Origin: Candidatus Poseidoniales archaeon
GTDB taxonomy: Archaea; Thermoplasmatota; Poseidoniia; Poseidoniales; Poseidoniaceae
Direction: 5' to 3'
NCBI GenBank assembly: GCA_003602475.1
Contig: QQSC01000010.1
Location: forward strand, 20,374 to 84,373
Length of the DNA stretch: 64,000 nt
In this document: in pieces, positions 18,520 to 26,690 of the stretch
How the letters are laid out: each line of letters starts with the position of its first letter
How positions within the stretch are numbered: the first letter of the stretch is position 1
The notes under the pieces: model-generated
Database searches by the model: none
What the model saw: only the letters and a program-made list of their open reading frames with translations
What the model was told of the DNA's origin: nothing
Translations under genes and position numbers: made by a program

Positions 18520-19257
18520 TTGGTCGGCGGCGCAATCGTCGTGTTTGTTATTGCCAATGTCCAACTTGGAATGGTTGCCCCGCTGGCTGTTGAAGGTGCA
18601 GACGACCACAAACTCGACGTCATGATGATGGCCGACCCCTCGTGCGGTTTCGAAACCGTTGAGAACGATCTTGAAACCATGGGGGCATCCTACTGTTTGG
18701 GTGAAGCCGGGCAGTGGTCGGGTGCTGATATTTTGATGCTCCTTGAAGGCCTGGTTATCGTCTTGGCTGGGCGCCTTGAATTGCCTCAAAACAAAGCATG
18801 GGCAAACAGGGTCCGAAGCATCGGGAAAGTCGTTGGTTGGGTGTTCATCGGGCTCGCTCTTCTCGATCGGCTCTCGTTGTTGCCCTCCTCTGCGAATTCT
18901 CAAAGTTTAGCTGATTTCTTCCCCATTGAGACCCAAGCGTGGTTGGTCCAATTGGCCTTTGCAGCGGTGGGTGTCTTTTTGATCCGAGGTCCAAAATACT
19001 GGGAGGCTGAAGCGGTGGCCCAAACGCGAGACAAACTTGCACGCAAGACAGAAAAAGCAGAGGATTTCAAGTCATCATTTTACAACAAAGAGCGTCATTC
19101 TGACAAGGAATTGGCCCGTGTAAACCGATCTCGATTCCTCCAACAAGACAAAGGCCTCTCGATGAAGAAACGTCGAAAACAACTGCTCGTCATGGCGACA
19201 TGCCCGTATTGCCAAGGTGGCGGTTGCAAGCGGTGCAACGATTTCGGCGTGTTTTGA
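18520..19257 (+). CDS. predicted membrane protein with basic cytoplasmic tail and C-terminal CxxCxGxG-type zinc knuckle (start uncertain)
   Basis: The plus ORF 18211..19257 opens inside nadB. A strong AGGAGG (18504..18509) precedes an in-frame TTG at 18520, and later ATGs lie at 18571 and 18736. The translation has hydrophobic helices (GGAIVVFVIANV, ILMLLEGLVIVLAG, VVGWVFIGLALL, AWLVQLAFAAVGVFLI) and the C-terminus CPYCQGGGCKRCNDFG. This is the only ORF covering 18904..19257. A codon-aligned antisense ORF (18409..18903) competes with it; see findings. Confidence 0.4.
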   Translation: MVGGAIVVFVIANVQLGMVAPLAVEGADDHKLDVMMMADPSCGFETVENDLETMGASYCLGEAGQWSGADILMLLEGLVIVLAGRLELPQNKAWANRVRSIGKVVGWVFIGLALLDRLSLLPSSANSQSLADFFPIETQAWLVQLAFAAVGVFLIRGPKYWEAEAVAQTRDKLARKTEKAEDFKSSFYNKERHSDKELARVNRSRFLQQDKGLSMKKRRKQLLVMATCPYCQGGGCKRCNDFGVF

Positions 19258-19389
19258 AGATGGTCGGCGTTGAATCGCCCGTCCTGAAAAACGGCGGACT
19301 GACCTCCAAAATTCGCATTCTTTAAGTCCTGTCAGCCATGCTTCCTTGCGAGTGGCCGGGGATGAAACCCTTGCCAGGTGGGAAGAGAG

Positions 19390-22300
19390 ATGTATCTGAA
19401 CTCGCTTGAAGTTGAGAATTTCAAATCCTTCCGTGGAGAGGTGACCATCCCGTTCGGCCGGGGGTTCACCGCCATCACAGGGCCAAACGGCTCAGGAAAA
19501 TCCAACTGTGGTGACGCCATTCAATTTGTCTTGGGGCCAAAGTCCAACCAGGTGATCCGCGCAAAAAATTCGGCAGACCTCATTTTCAATGGAGGGAAAA
19601 ATGCCAAACCTGCTCGTTCTTGCAGCGTGACGCTCGTGTTTGCTAACCCTGTCATGGCCAGCGGCCGCCGGCGCCTTCCCATCGACAAAGATGAGGTGAG
19701 AATGTCTCGCCATATTCGTCTCACCTCATCCAACAACCCGGTCAACACCTACCAACTTGACGGTGACGACAGTTCACAAAAGGCGTTTCATCGCCTCCTT
19801 GGAGCAGCCAATGCACGCCCCGACGGGTACAACATCGTTCTTCAGGGCGACGTGACGAGTCTGGCGAAAATGACGGCGAAGGAGCGCAGGAAGGTGCTCG
19901 ACAACGTCGCTGGCGTCACCTCGTACGATGATGAAATTCGCAAGGCTAACAAGCAGAAGGAGCACGTTGAAGGCTACATTGAACGAATCGGCCTGTTGGA
20001 GCACGAACAGAAAGATCGCCTCAAAACCCTCAACGCTGAAAAAAAGGTGGCGGAAAAGGCTCGGGACATCACCGATCAGATTCAAATCTCAAACACTCGA
20101 TTGCTTCAATCCCGATATTCAAGCATCAAGAATGAATTGCAATTCCACACCGATGAGCGTCAGAAATACATTCAAACCAGCAACGAGTTGATCGACCAGC
20201 ATCGCCAAGATCAGAAAACATTGCTCGACCTCGACGACAAGATCGCCGACCTTCAACGAGAGATCGACAGACTCACCGGTGGTGAAACTTCAGAACTTGG
20301 CAGGGCTATTCGTGAGTTGCAGGTGAACCTTGAGCTCAATGCGGATCGAATCGCCGACGCAGAACAAGAGGGTGAAGACGATGAAGGTCAAATGAGGGTT
20401 CTGGGCGTGCAACACGCCGAGGCTGGAAACGAACTCAACCAGCATGTTGACGCGTTGTCCAAGGCCAAAGCCACGCTCGAGCAGGCGTTGAATGCCCTTG
20501 AGCAGGCTCAAGTTGAAGAGAAGGAAATTCGGGAACAACTCGACAACGCTGGAGAACAAAATCAAGCGCTGTCCGATGCCTTGAACGCTGCCGAAGCCAC
20601 CGTCTCAGAATGCCAGCAGGCCGTGGCGACCGAACAGGGCGCAGTGGACAGGTTGGCCATTGAGGCAGAACTGTTGAGTCAACAATTGGCTGAGGCCCAA
20701 GAGGCTGCAGAAGAACTCCGATTGAATTTGGGAGATTTGGATGCCCGTGAAGAAGGTCTCTTGGAAAACGCTCCGAAACACGACCGGACAACGTTGGCAG
20801 CAGCTCTTTTGGAGGCGCAGCGAACCGAATCCCAACTTTCTGGAGACCGCACCCAAGTCGAAACCAAACTCCAGAATGCTAAACGGGCATTGGCTGCCGC
20901 ACAAACCGAAATGGAGCAACGCTCTGGAGCGAAGGGCCTGGCAGGTGGTGCGAGTGCGGTGATTGGCGCCCGAGACCGTGGCGAGTTGGAGGGCATCATC
21001 GGGACCATTGCAGAATTGTGCGCTCCCAAAGACGACGATCACGAATTGGCACTTTCCACATCCATCGGAGGAGGCATGGCTTCGGTTGTGGTTGAGTCCG
21101 ATGAAGTTGCAGCACGAGCGATCCGCTGGTTGGCTGAAAACAAAGCGGGTCGAGCCACGTTCCTCCCGTTGAACCGTCTCAACAACACCCGTGCTGGGGG
21201 TCGGGCTGTCATGACTGCGAAAAAGGACGGCGTGCTTGGCTTTGCCCACGAAATGTTGGATTACGATCCTCGAATCGATGTCGCCGTTCGGTTTGTTCTG
21301 CGCAACACCTTGATCGTTCGTGACATGTCCACAGCACGCAGACACATGGGCGGAGTTCGCTTGGTGACGTTGCGAGGCGATGTGACGGAGGCGGGCGGTG
21401 CCATGATCGGGGGCTCACGCCGACGAACAACTGTCTCCTTTGGAGGCCGGATTCAGGGGGCTTCAGAGGTTGAGAAGCAAACCGCCCTTGTGGAAAGGTA
21501 TCAATTGATGGCGGACACCGTGGCGGCTGCTCTGACAGAATCACGCCGCTCGCAACAGCAATTGCGAGCAGACATCAACGCCATGGTGGACGATACACAT
21601 GCTGTTGCTCTTCGGGAACTGAAAGCCGAAAAGAAACAAACCACCTCTCTGCACAAAAAGGCTGAACAACAAACGCAAGCCCTCGAAGGAAAACTTGAGA
21701 TTCTCCACCGAGACGCTCGCCAAGCCTTGGACGCTTTGTCCCGGGCACAAACGGTTCTTGGTGAAGCGGTCTCACGCATGGAGGCTGCGAAAGGCGCCTT
21801 GGAGGACGCCAGCCCTCAACACCTCAAGGAACGGATGCACAACGCCAACATCCTTCGCGTCACCGCTGAAGGAGACATGGGTCGTGCACAGGAAATCCTT
21901 GCAAGCGGAGCGACACATGAAGCCTTGCTCAATCGCCGTCTCAACGAACTCGCCTCGTCACTTACGCACCTCAAGGCTCAGAAGGTGGCTCGCTCAGAGC
22001 GCATTGATGCTCTTCATGCCCAGTTGGCAAGCGACCGCATCGCTCTGAAAGAGAAGAAAGCTGAACAAGCCGTTTATCTCGAAGAGAACAAAGGACTTGA
22101 GCAAGAGCGTCAAGAGTTCGCCGATGAACGCACAGCTCTCCGAATTACGAACGAAAACCGACTCAATGAAGCTCAAAATCACCGACGACTGGCCGATGAA
22201 CTTCAACGTACGATTACAGACAAGGAGGTTGAGTTGCATCAGATGTCACAGGAACTCATTGAAGCCAACCTTTCGCTCACCGACATACCCGGCGATTTGG

Positions 22301-23283
22301 GGAATGTTGGTGAACTTGAACGCAAGCTTCGCAGGTTACAGCGCAAGTTGGAGGAATTTGGTCACGTTAACATGATGGCCATTGAACAGTACGATGAATG
22401 CCTCGCTCGATTGGATTTGATGAAGGATGAATTTTCCATGCTCAAGCAGCGCCGTCAAGATTTGATCGACGTCACAGGACGGCTGGAAGAGCAACGGAAA
22501 ACACGACTGATTGGCGTTTTGGAGAAGGTCAATGCCAATTTTCAAACCGCCTACAAAGAACTCTCCGACGGAGGTCGAGGCGAATTGTTCCTTGAGCACC
22601 CAGATGAACCGTTCAAGGGCGGTCTTGAATTGTGGGCTCAGCCTCGTGGAAAATCATCCAAGGTGAATCGACAGCAACTATCTGGTGGTGAGCAATCCAT
22701 GGCGGCTTTGGCGCTGATTTTTGCCATTCAAGATTACGACCCCAGTCCGTTCTATTACTTTGATGAGGTTGATCAAAACCTTGACGCCTACAACGCAGAA
22801 CGCATTGCGAAAATGTGTCGTAAGCGAAGTCAGCGAGCTCAATTCATCATGGTGACCTTGCGAAAGGTTTCACTCAAGCTCGCTGATCACCACATTGGCA
22901 TCACTCACGGTGGCGACGGTTGCAGCCGCCGCATCATGGATTTCGACAGAGAACGGGCCATGGCCCTTGGAGCAGCCGCTCTTAAGGAGGCTGAACAAGA
23001 TGCGAAGACGAACGAATCACGCATCATGGACGCTCATGCAGCAACGCAAGACATGCCAACGGTACCTGACCCACTCGAAGCCCCAAAGAGCTTGGGCGGC
23101 CTGTTGCCGCACCTCTCCGGGGTACAACAGAGCGAAGCCCTAGCAGGCTTGGTTGACCGGACTGCAGAAACCAACGAGGACATCGAAGAACGAGCCGATA
23201 TCGCTGCTAAAATTGCAGCCACGGACCTGGCGCCTAAGGCGGGCGAAACGGTGGGGGAAACGGAGGACGAGACACACGTCTGA
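19390..23283 (+). CDS. smc: SMC chromosome condensation/segregation ATPase
   Basis: The ATG at 19390 gives MYLNSLEVENFKSFRGEVTIPFGRGFTAITGPNGSGKSN (Walker A). Long coiled coils and a hinge (GTIAELC...AVVVESDEVA) follow. LSGGEQSMAALALIFAIQ is the signature motif and FYYFDEVDQNLD is Walker B. Confidence 0.97.
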   Translation: MYLNSLEVENFKSFRGEVTIPFGRGFTAITGPNGSGKSNCGDAIQFVLGPKSNQVIRAKNSADLIFNGGKNAKPARSCSVTLVFANPVMASGRRRLPIDKDEVRMSRHIRLTSSNNPVNTYQLDGDDSSQKAFHRLLGAANARPDGYNIVLQGDVTSLAKMTAKERRKVLDNVAGVTSYDDEIRKANKQKEHVEGYIERIGLLEHEQKDRLKTLNAEKKVAEKARDITDQIQISNTRLLQSRYSSIKNELQFHTDERQKYIQTSNELIDQHRQDQKTLLDLDDKIADLQREIDRLTGGETSELGRAIRELQVNLELNADRIADAEQEGEDDEGQMRVLGVQHAEAGNELNQHVDALSKAKATLEQALNALEQAQVEEKEIREQLDNAGEQNQALSDALNAAEATVSECQQAVATEQGAVDRLAIEAELLSQQLAEAQEAAEELRLNLGDLDAREEGLLENAPKHDRTTLAAALLEAQRTESQLSGDRTQVETKLQNAKRALAAAQTEMEQRSGAKGLAGGASAVIGARDRGELEGIIGTIAELCAPKDDDHELALSTSIGGGMASVVVESDEVAARAIRWLAENKAGRATFLPLNRLNNTRAGGRAVMTAKKDGVLGFAHEMLDYDPRIDVAVRFVLRNTLIVRDMSTARRHMGGVRLVTLRGDVTEAGGAMIGGSRRRTTVSFGGRIQGASEVEKQTALVERYQLMADTVAAALTESRRSQQQLRADINAMVDDTHAVALRELKAEKKQTTSLHKKAEQQTQALEGKLEILHRDARQALDALSRAQTVLGEAVSRMEAAKGALEDASPQHLKERMHNANILRVTAEGDMGRAQEILASGATHEALLNRRLNELASSLTHLKAQKVARSERIDALHAQLASDRIALKEKKAEQAVYLEENKGLEQERQEFADERTALRITNENRLNEAQNHRRLADELQRTITDKEVELHQMSQELIEANLSLTDIPGDLGNVGELERKLRRLQRKLEEFGHVNMMAIEQYDECLARLDLMKDEFSMLKQRRQDLIDVTGRLEEQRKTRLIGVLEKVNANFQTAYKELSDGGRGELFLEHPDEPFKGGLELWAQPRGKSSKVNRQQLSGGEQSMAALALIFAIQDYDPSPFYYFDEVDQNLDAYNAERIAKMCRKRSQRAQFIMVTLRKVSLKLADHHIGITHGGDGCSRRIMDFDRERAMALGAAALKEAEQDAKTNESRIMDAHAATQDMPTVPDPLEAPKSLGGLLPHLSGVQQSEALAGLVDRTAETNEDIEERADIAAKIAATDLAPKAGETVGETEDETHV

Positions 23284-23292
23284 GGTGGCCTT

Positions 23293-24543
23293 ATGGTTGA
23301 ACGTCAAGGCATGCTTGATCAGTGGTTCCTCAAGCAGGACATCATCGATCGTTTGTTGGCTTCGGGTGAGGACCGTGAGGAGGCCGACATCTTTGGCCAG
23401 CGCATCATGGCCATTGCCGTGGCTGAGGAAGCTGAGCATCAAAGCCTCCATGACCCGTTTGACCGCTCGGTCGCCCTCGTGCTCTCCTTGGTCAAGGAGG
23501 AAGCATTTGACCCGTGGAATGTGGATTTGGCCCAGTTTATTGCGGCCTTTTCTGCGAGGGTGAAGTTGGGCGATGGGCTGGACCTTCCTGCGTGTGGACG
23601 CTTGATACGCTTGGCTTGGGAAGTGCTCCATCATCAATCTGCAACTCTGTTTGACCGGGTTCAGTTGGCCGAAGAAGAGGATGAATGGGACGAAGGAATG
23701 AACTTCGGGTGGGAGACGGAATTTGATGATGATGAGTACCTCTTCACCCAATCCATTCTCAACGGTTCCGCAGATTCTGCTCTCCCCGGCCTGTTTGACG
23801 AGCGGGTTCGGCGTCAAGAAGGACGCCCTGTGACGCTCGGAGAATTGCTTTCTGCGTTCAAACAAGCCGCTGATGATGCGGACGAAATGAAACGGCGAGA
23901 CCATCATCGTCGTCTGCATGAAAAAGAGTTGAAGGCCTACCTTGCGGATGTGGGTGGGCGGATGCACAACGAAGACCTTGAAGGCGACATTGAGCGGAGT
24001 TGGCAGGCGATGAAATCGGCATGCCAGGAAGCCAACTCGGAAACCGTTTCCCTGCACTTGGTCATTGAACACATGCAGCCCTTGCTGGAGGAACGCTTCG
24101 GTCAACAGGTCATGGACGTTGAGAACGAAGCGTTCGTTTCCTCGTTCATCGCCGGTCTATTCCTCACCCACCGCGGCATGGCGAGCATCACTCAAGAGGG
24201 CGATACGCTGGAATCGGTGCAGATTAAGGATCTCTGGCCGCAAGTAACTGAGTTCTCACATGTTCTTGAATCTGCTGAAATGGCCATGGCCGAAGATGCA
24301 AATTTGTTGGAAGGCGAATCCACAGGTTCTGTTCACCGTCTTGAAGCCATGGCAGAACGTGCCAAAAAGGCTGATGCGAAGGAACATCGGCGTTTGGCCC
24401 GTCTCGGGCAACAAACGGCCAACCACACTGAACAGTCGGACGAACAAACCCCCGAGGCTTCCAAGCCATCAGAAGCCATTGACGGGGAAGGGGAGGCGAC
24501 TTGGCCAGTCGCTTTGGAACAACACGAATGGCTCGTGGAGTGA
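23293..24543 (+). CDS. scpA: segregation and condensation protein A (kleisin)
   Basis: It lies directly after smc with a gaggtg SD. FDPWNVDLAQFIAAF is a typical ScpA N-terminal motif. The position between smc and scpB supports the call. At 416 aa it is longer than bacterial ScpA. Confidence 0.85.
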   Translation: MVERQGMLDQWFLKQDIIDRLLASGEDREEADIFGQRIMAIAVAEEAEHQSLHDPFDRSVALVLSLVKEEAFDPWNVDLAQFIAAFSARVKLGDGLDLPACGRLIRLAWEVLHHQSATLFDRVQLAEEEDEWDEGMNFGWETEFDDDEYLFTQSILNGSADSALPGLFDERVRRQEGRPVTLGELLSAFKQAADDADEMKRRDHHRRLHEKELKAYLADVGGRMHNEDLEGDIERSWQAMKSACQEANSETVSLHLVIEHMQPLLEERFGQQVMDVENEAFVSSFIAGLFLTHRGMASITQEGDTLESVQIKDLWPQVTEFSHVLESAEMAMAEDANLLEGESTGSVHRLEAMAERAKKADAKEHRRLARLGQQTANHTEQSDEQTPEASKPSEAIDGEGEATWPVALEQHEWLVE

Positions 24544-24552
24544 GGTGGGACG

Positions 24553-25164
24553 ATGACTGAACTTCCAATTGAAACCCTCATCGAAGCGACGTTGTTCAGT
24601 TCCGGTAAATCCATGTCAGTAACCGAGCTTTCTGACGCCTTGGGATACGATGAAGACGAGATGTTGGATTGTCTGTACTCTCTACAGGCCACCTTGAGGC
24701 GTCGTCGTGGAACAGCACTGCAGATGGCAGAGGTGGGATCGCGTTGGGCGTTGGAGGTCAAACCGAACATTGCCGAACACCTCCCGAAAGCCACCAAAAC
24801 CGACTTCCCTCCGAAACTCCTGAAGGCGGCTGCTCTGATTGCTTACCATCAACCGATGTCGCAATCTCGGCTTGTCGAGATGTTGGGTCAGAAAGCCTAC
24901 GATTACGTTCGTGAATTGGCCCAGCTCGGGATGGTGGACCGGCGAAAAGACGGCAACACCCGTCGGTTGACCACCACGCGTCGTTTTGCTGAATCGTTCG
25001 GTTGCCCTTACACGGACAGAAAGAAGGTCAAGGCTTGGTGGAGAGAACGCGTGCAGGAGGTGGGCATCATCGAAGAATTGGGTGCAGGGCACGATGTGCT
25101 TCGGGAAGAATCTGAGGTTGAAGGAACAGTCCAGTCCAATTTGCCTCTCGAAGGTGAAGACTGA
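24553..25164 (+). CDS. scpB: segregation and condensation protein B
   Basis: IEATLFSSGKSMSVTELSDAL and AALIAYHQPMSQSRLVEMLG form tandem winged-helix ScpB motifs. A gaggtg SD lies upstream. Confidence 0.9.
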   Translation: MTELPIETLIEATLFSSGKSMSVTELSDALGYDEDEMLDCLYSLQATLRRRRGTALQMAEVGSRWALEVKPNIAEHLPKATKTDFPPKLLKAAALIAYHQPMSQSRLVEMLGQKAYDYVRELAQLGMVDRRKDGNTRRLTTTRRFAESFGCPYTDRKKVKAWWRERVQEVGIIEELGAGHDVLREESEVEGTVQSNLPLEGED

Positions 25165-25167
25165 GGA

Positions 25168-26517
25168 TCAATTTCCTCGCATCTCGTGTAACCACTGTTC
25201 AGTAAGCGTTTGGGTCCTCGAACCTTCGTGTGCTTGCAAGCGGGCAGCAAGTTGTTCGATTTCATCTCCAACTGCGCCAGCCGACACGGCCATGTTCTTT
25301 GCGTGGAGTTTCATGTGGCCTGCTTGGATGCCTTTTGTTGAGAGCGCTCTCAAGGCGCCGAGGTTTTGGGCAAGGCCGGCACAGGCCATGATTCCAGCCA
25401 ATTCTTGCGCTGAGTTAACGCCCAATATGGCCAGGTTCGCCTGCGCAGCGGGGTGCACTTTGGAAGCACCGCCAACAATGCCGACGGCCAGTGGAAGTTC
25501 CATCCGACCGACCAAATGGCCCTCATCGTTTGTTGTCCACGATGACATTGAGGTGTAGCGCCCTTCATTGAGCGCTGCCCAAGCGTGACAACCTGCTTCA
25601 ATGGCCCTCCAATCCTGTCCACAAGCCACACCTACGCTGCTGATGGCGTTCATGATGCCTTTGTTGTGCGTGGCGGCCCTGTACGGGTCCTGCTCTGCAA
25701 AGGCTTGAGCCTCAAGGATGCCGTTGATGACCGTCACGCCGTCCTCATGCGTTCCCTCGGTTGACAGTTCTTCTGGAGTGAAAGTGGCGCTAACTCTGGC
25801 CAAACGATGGGCGGCGAGATTTGACAGGATTCGAAGGTGAGCACGGCCGCTGGTGATCGCCTCCAGGCGAGGTGCCAACCGTTCGGCCATCGTGTTGACG
25901 GCGTTTGCTCCCATGGCGTCTCTGCAATCCACAAGAATGTGGACGATCAACATCGAACCCATCGGTGTGGGTAATTCTCTGCACACAATGTCCTTGCATC
26001 CGCCCCCTAAGGCAATCATTCGGGAGGGTATGTCGTTGCAAAAGGCCATCAGTGCCTCCTTTTCATTCATGATGGCGTCCGTTGCAGCATCGATGTTGCT
26101 CACGTCCAACAACTGAATTTGAGCGATCATAATTGGTTCATCGTTGTTGGTGGTAAATCCACCGTGCTTCAAACAACGCTTGGCCATGTTCGATGCAGCG
26201 GCCACCACGCTTGATTCTTCAAGACAGAACGGTATGAGGTGGTGTTGGCCGTCAATCACAAAGTTGGTGGCGACACCAACAGGGAGTGACATGGTCCCGA
26301 TGACGTTCTCAATCATTCGGTCAGCAGCCGATTCGTCAAGTTCTCCGTGGCTGGCTAAGGCCTGCACCTGTTCCTTGGTGAGGCCAGCAGCCTGGGCCAC
26401 CTGGATTCTGCGTTCTTCAACGCTCATCTTGTAGAATCCCTTGAGCCGACTGTTCTCAACAGGCATGTCCATCCCCGTTGAAGGCAGGGCCATGATGTCC
26501 TTGAACGCATCGCCCAA
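25168..26517 (-). CDS. hmgA: hydroxymethylglutaryl-CoA reductase, class II (bacterial-type)
   Basis: MIENVIGTMSLPVGVATNFVIDGQHHLIPFCLEESSVVAAASNMAK and DAMGANAVNTMAE closely parallel Pseudomonas-type class II HMGR. The longest ORF starts at TTG 26517, and alternative ATGs lie at 26493 and 26472. Confidence 0.95.
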   Translation of the reverse strand: MGDAFKDIMALPSTGMDMPVENSRLKGFYKMSVEERRIQVAQAAGLTKEQVQALASHGELDESAADRMIENVIGTMSLPVGVATNFVIDGQHHLIPFCLEESSVVAAASNMAKRCLKHGGFTTNNDEPIMIAQIQLLDVSNIDAATDAIMNEKEALMAFCNDIPSRMIALGGGCKDIVCRELPTPMGSMLIVHILVDCRDAMGANAVNTMAERLAPRLEAITSGRAHLRILSNLAAHRLARVSATFTPEELSTEGTHEDGVTVINGILEAQAFAEQDPYRAATHNKGIMNAISSVGVACGQDWRAIEAGCHAWAALNEGRYTSMSSWTTNDEGHLVGRMELPLAVGIVGGASKVHPAAQANLAILGVNSAQELAGIMACAGLAQNLGALRALSTKGIQAGHMKLHAKNMAVSAGAVGDEIEQLAARLQAHEGSRTQTLTEQWLHEMRGN

Positions 26518-26528
26518 TCGGAAATGGT

Positions 26529-26630
26529 TTAACGCGTTAACGCCAAAAATAACGCGTTAAATTGGCGTTAGTTTTGCGTTAAACTGGACTGAATCTCCAT
26601 GTTCGTCCTACGATTAACACCAACTAACGC
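26529..26630. promoter_or_regulatory. array of 8 GCGTTA/TAACGC half-sites including two perfect palindromes (candidate operator array)
   Basis: TTAACGCGTTAA lies at 26529..26540 and TAACGCGTTA at 26550..26559, with centres 20 bp apart. Further GCGTTA copies lie at 26565 and 26576 (11-bp steps), and TAACGC at 26538 and 26625. An A/T box aaaaataa (26545..26552) sits between the palindromes. The array is in the divergent intergenic region between hmgA and the 26691 gene. Confidence 0.6.
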
Positions 26631-26661
26631 ATCGTTCAAGGCCTTTGGTCCACCGAAACAT

Positions 26662-26669
26662 CATATACT
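26662..26669 (+). promoter_or_regulatory. TATA-like box (CATATACT) about 26 nt upstream of the ATG at 26691
   Basis: The spacing fits an archaeal leaderless or short-leader transcript, and there is no SD in front of the 26691 ATG. The sequence match to the TATA consensus is weak. Confidence 0.25.
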
Positions 26670-26690
26670 CTCCAAGAAGGCATTAGGCTC

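Noticed and set aside
20605-21345. 246-aa minus-strand ORF (and several shorter ones) inside smc
   Set aside because: It is antisense to an unambiguous SMC coding region. The translation is Cys/Arg/Ser-rich and looks like junk.
23140-24105. 321-aa minus-strand ORF across the smc 3' end and scpA
   Set aside because: It overlaps two well-supported plus-strand genes of a conserved operon and has no motifs.
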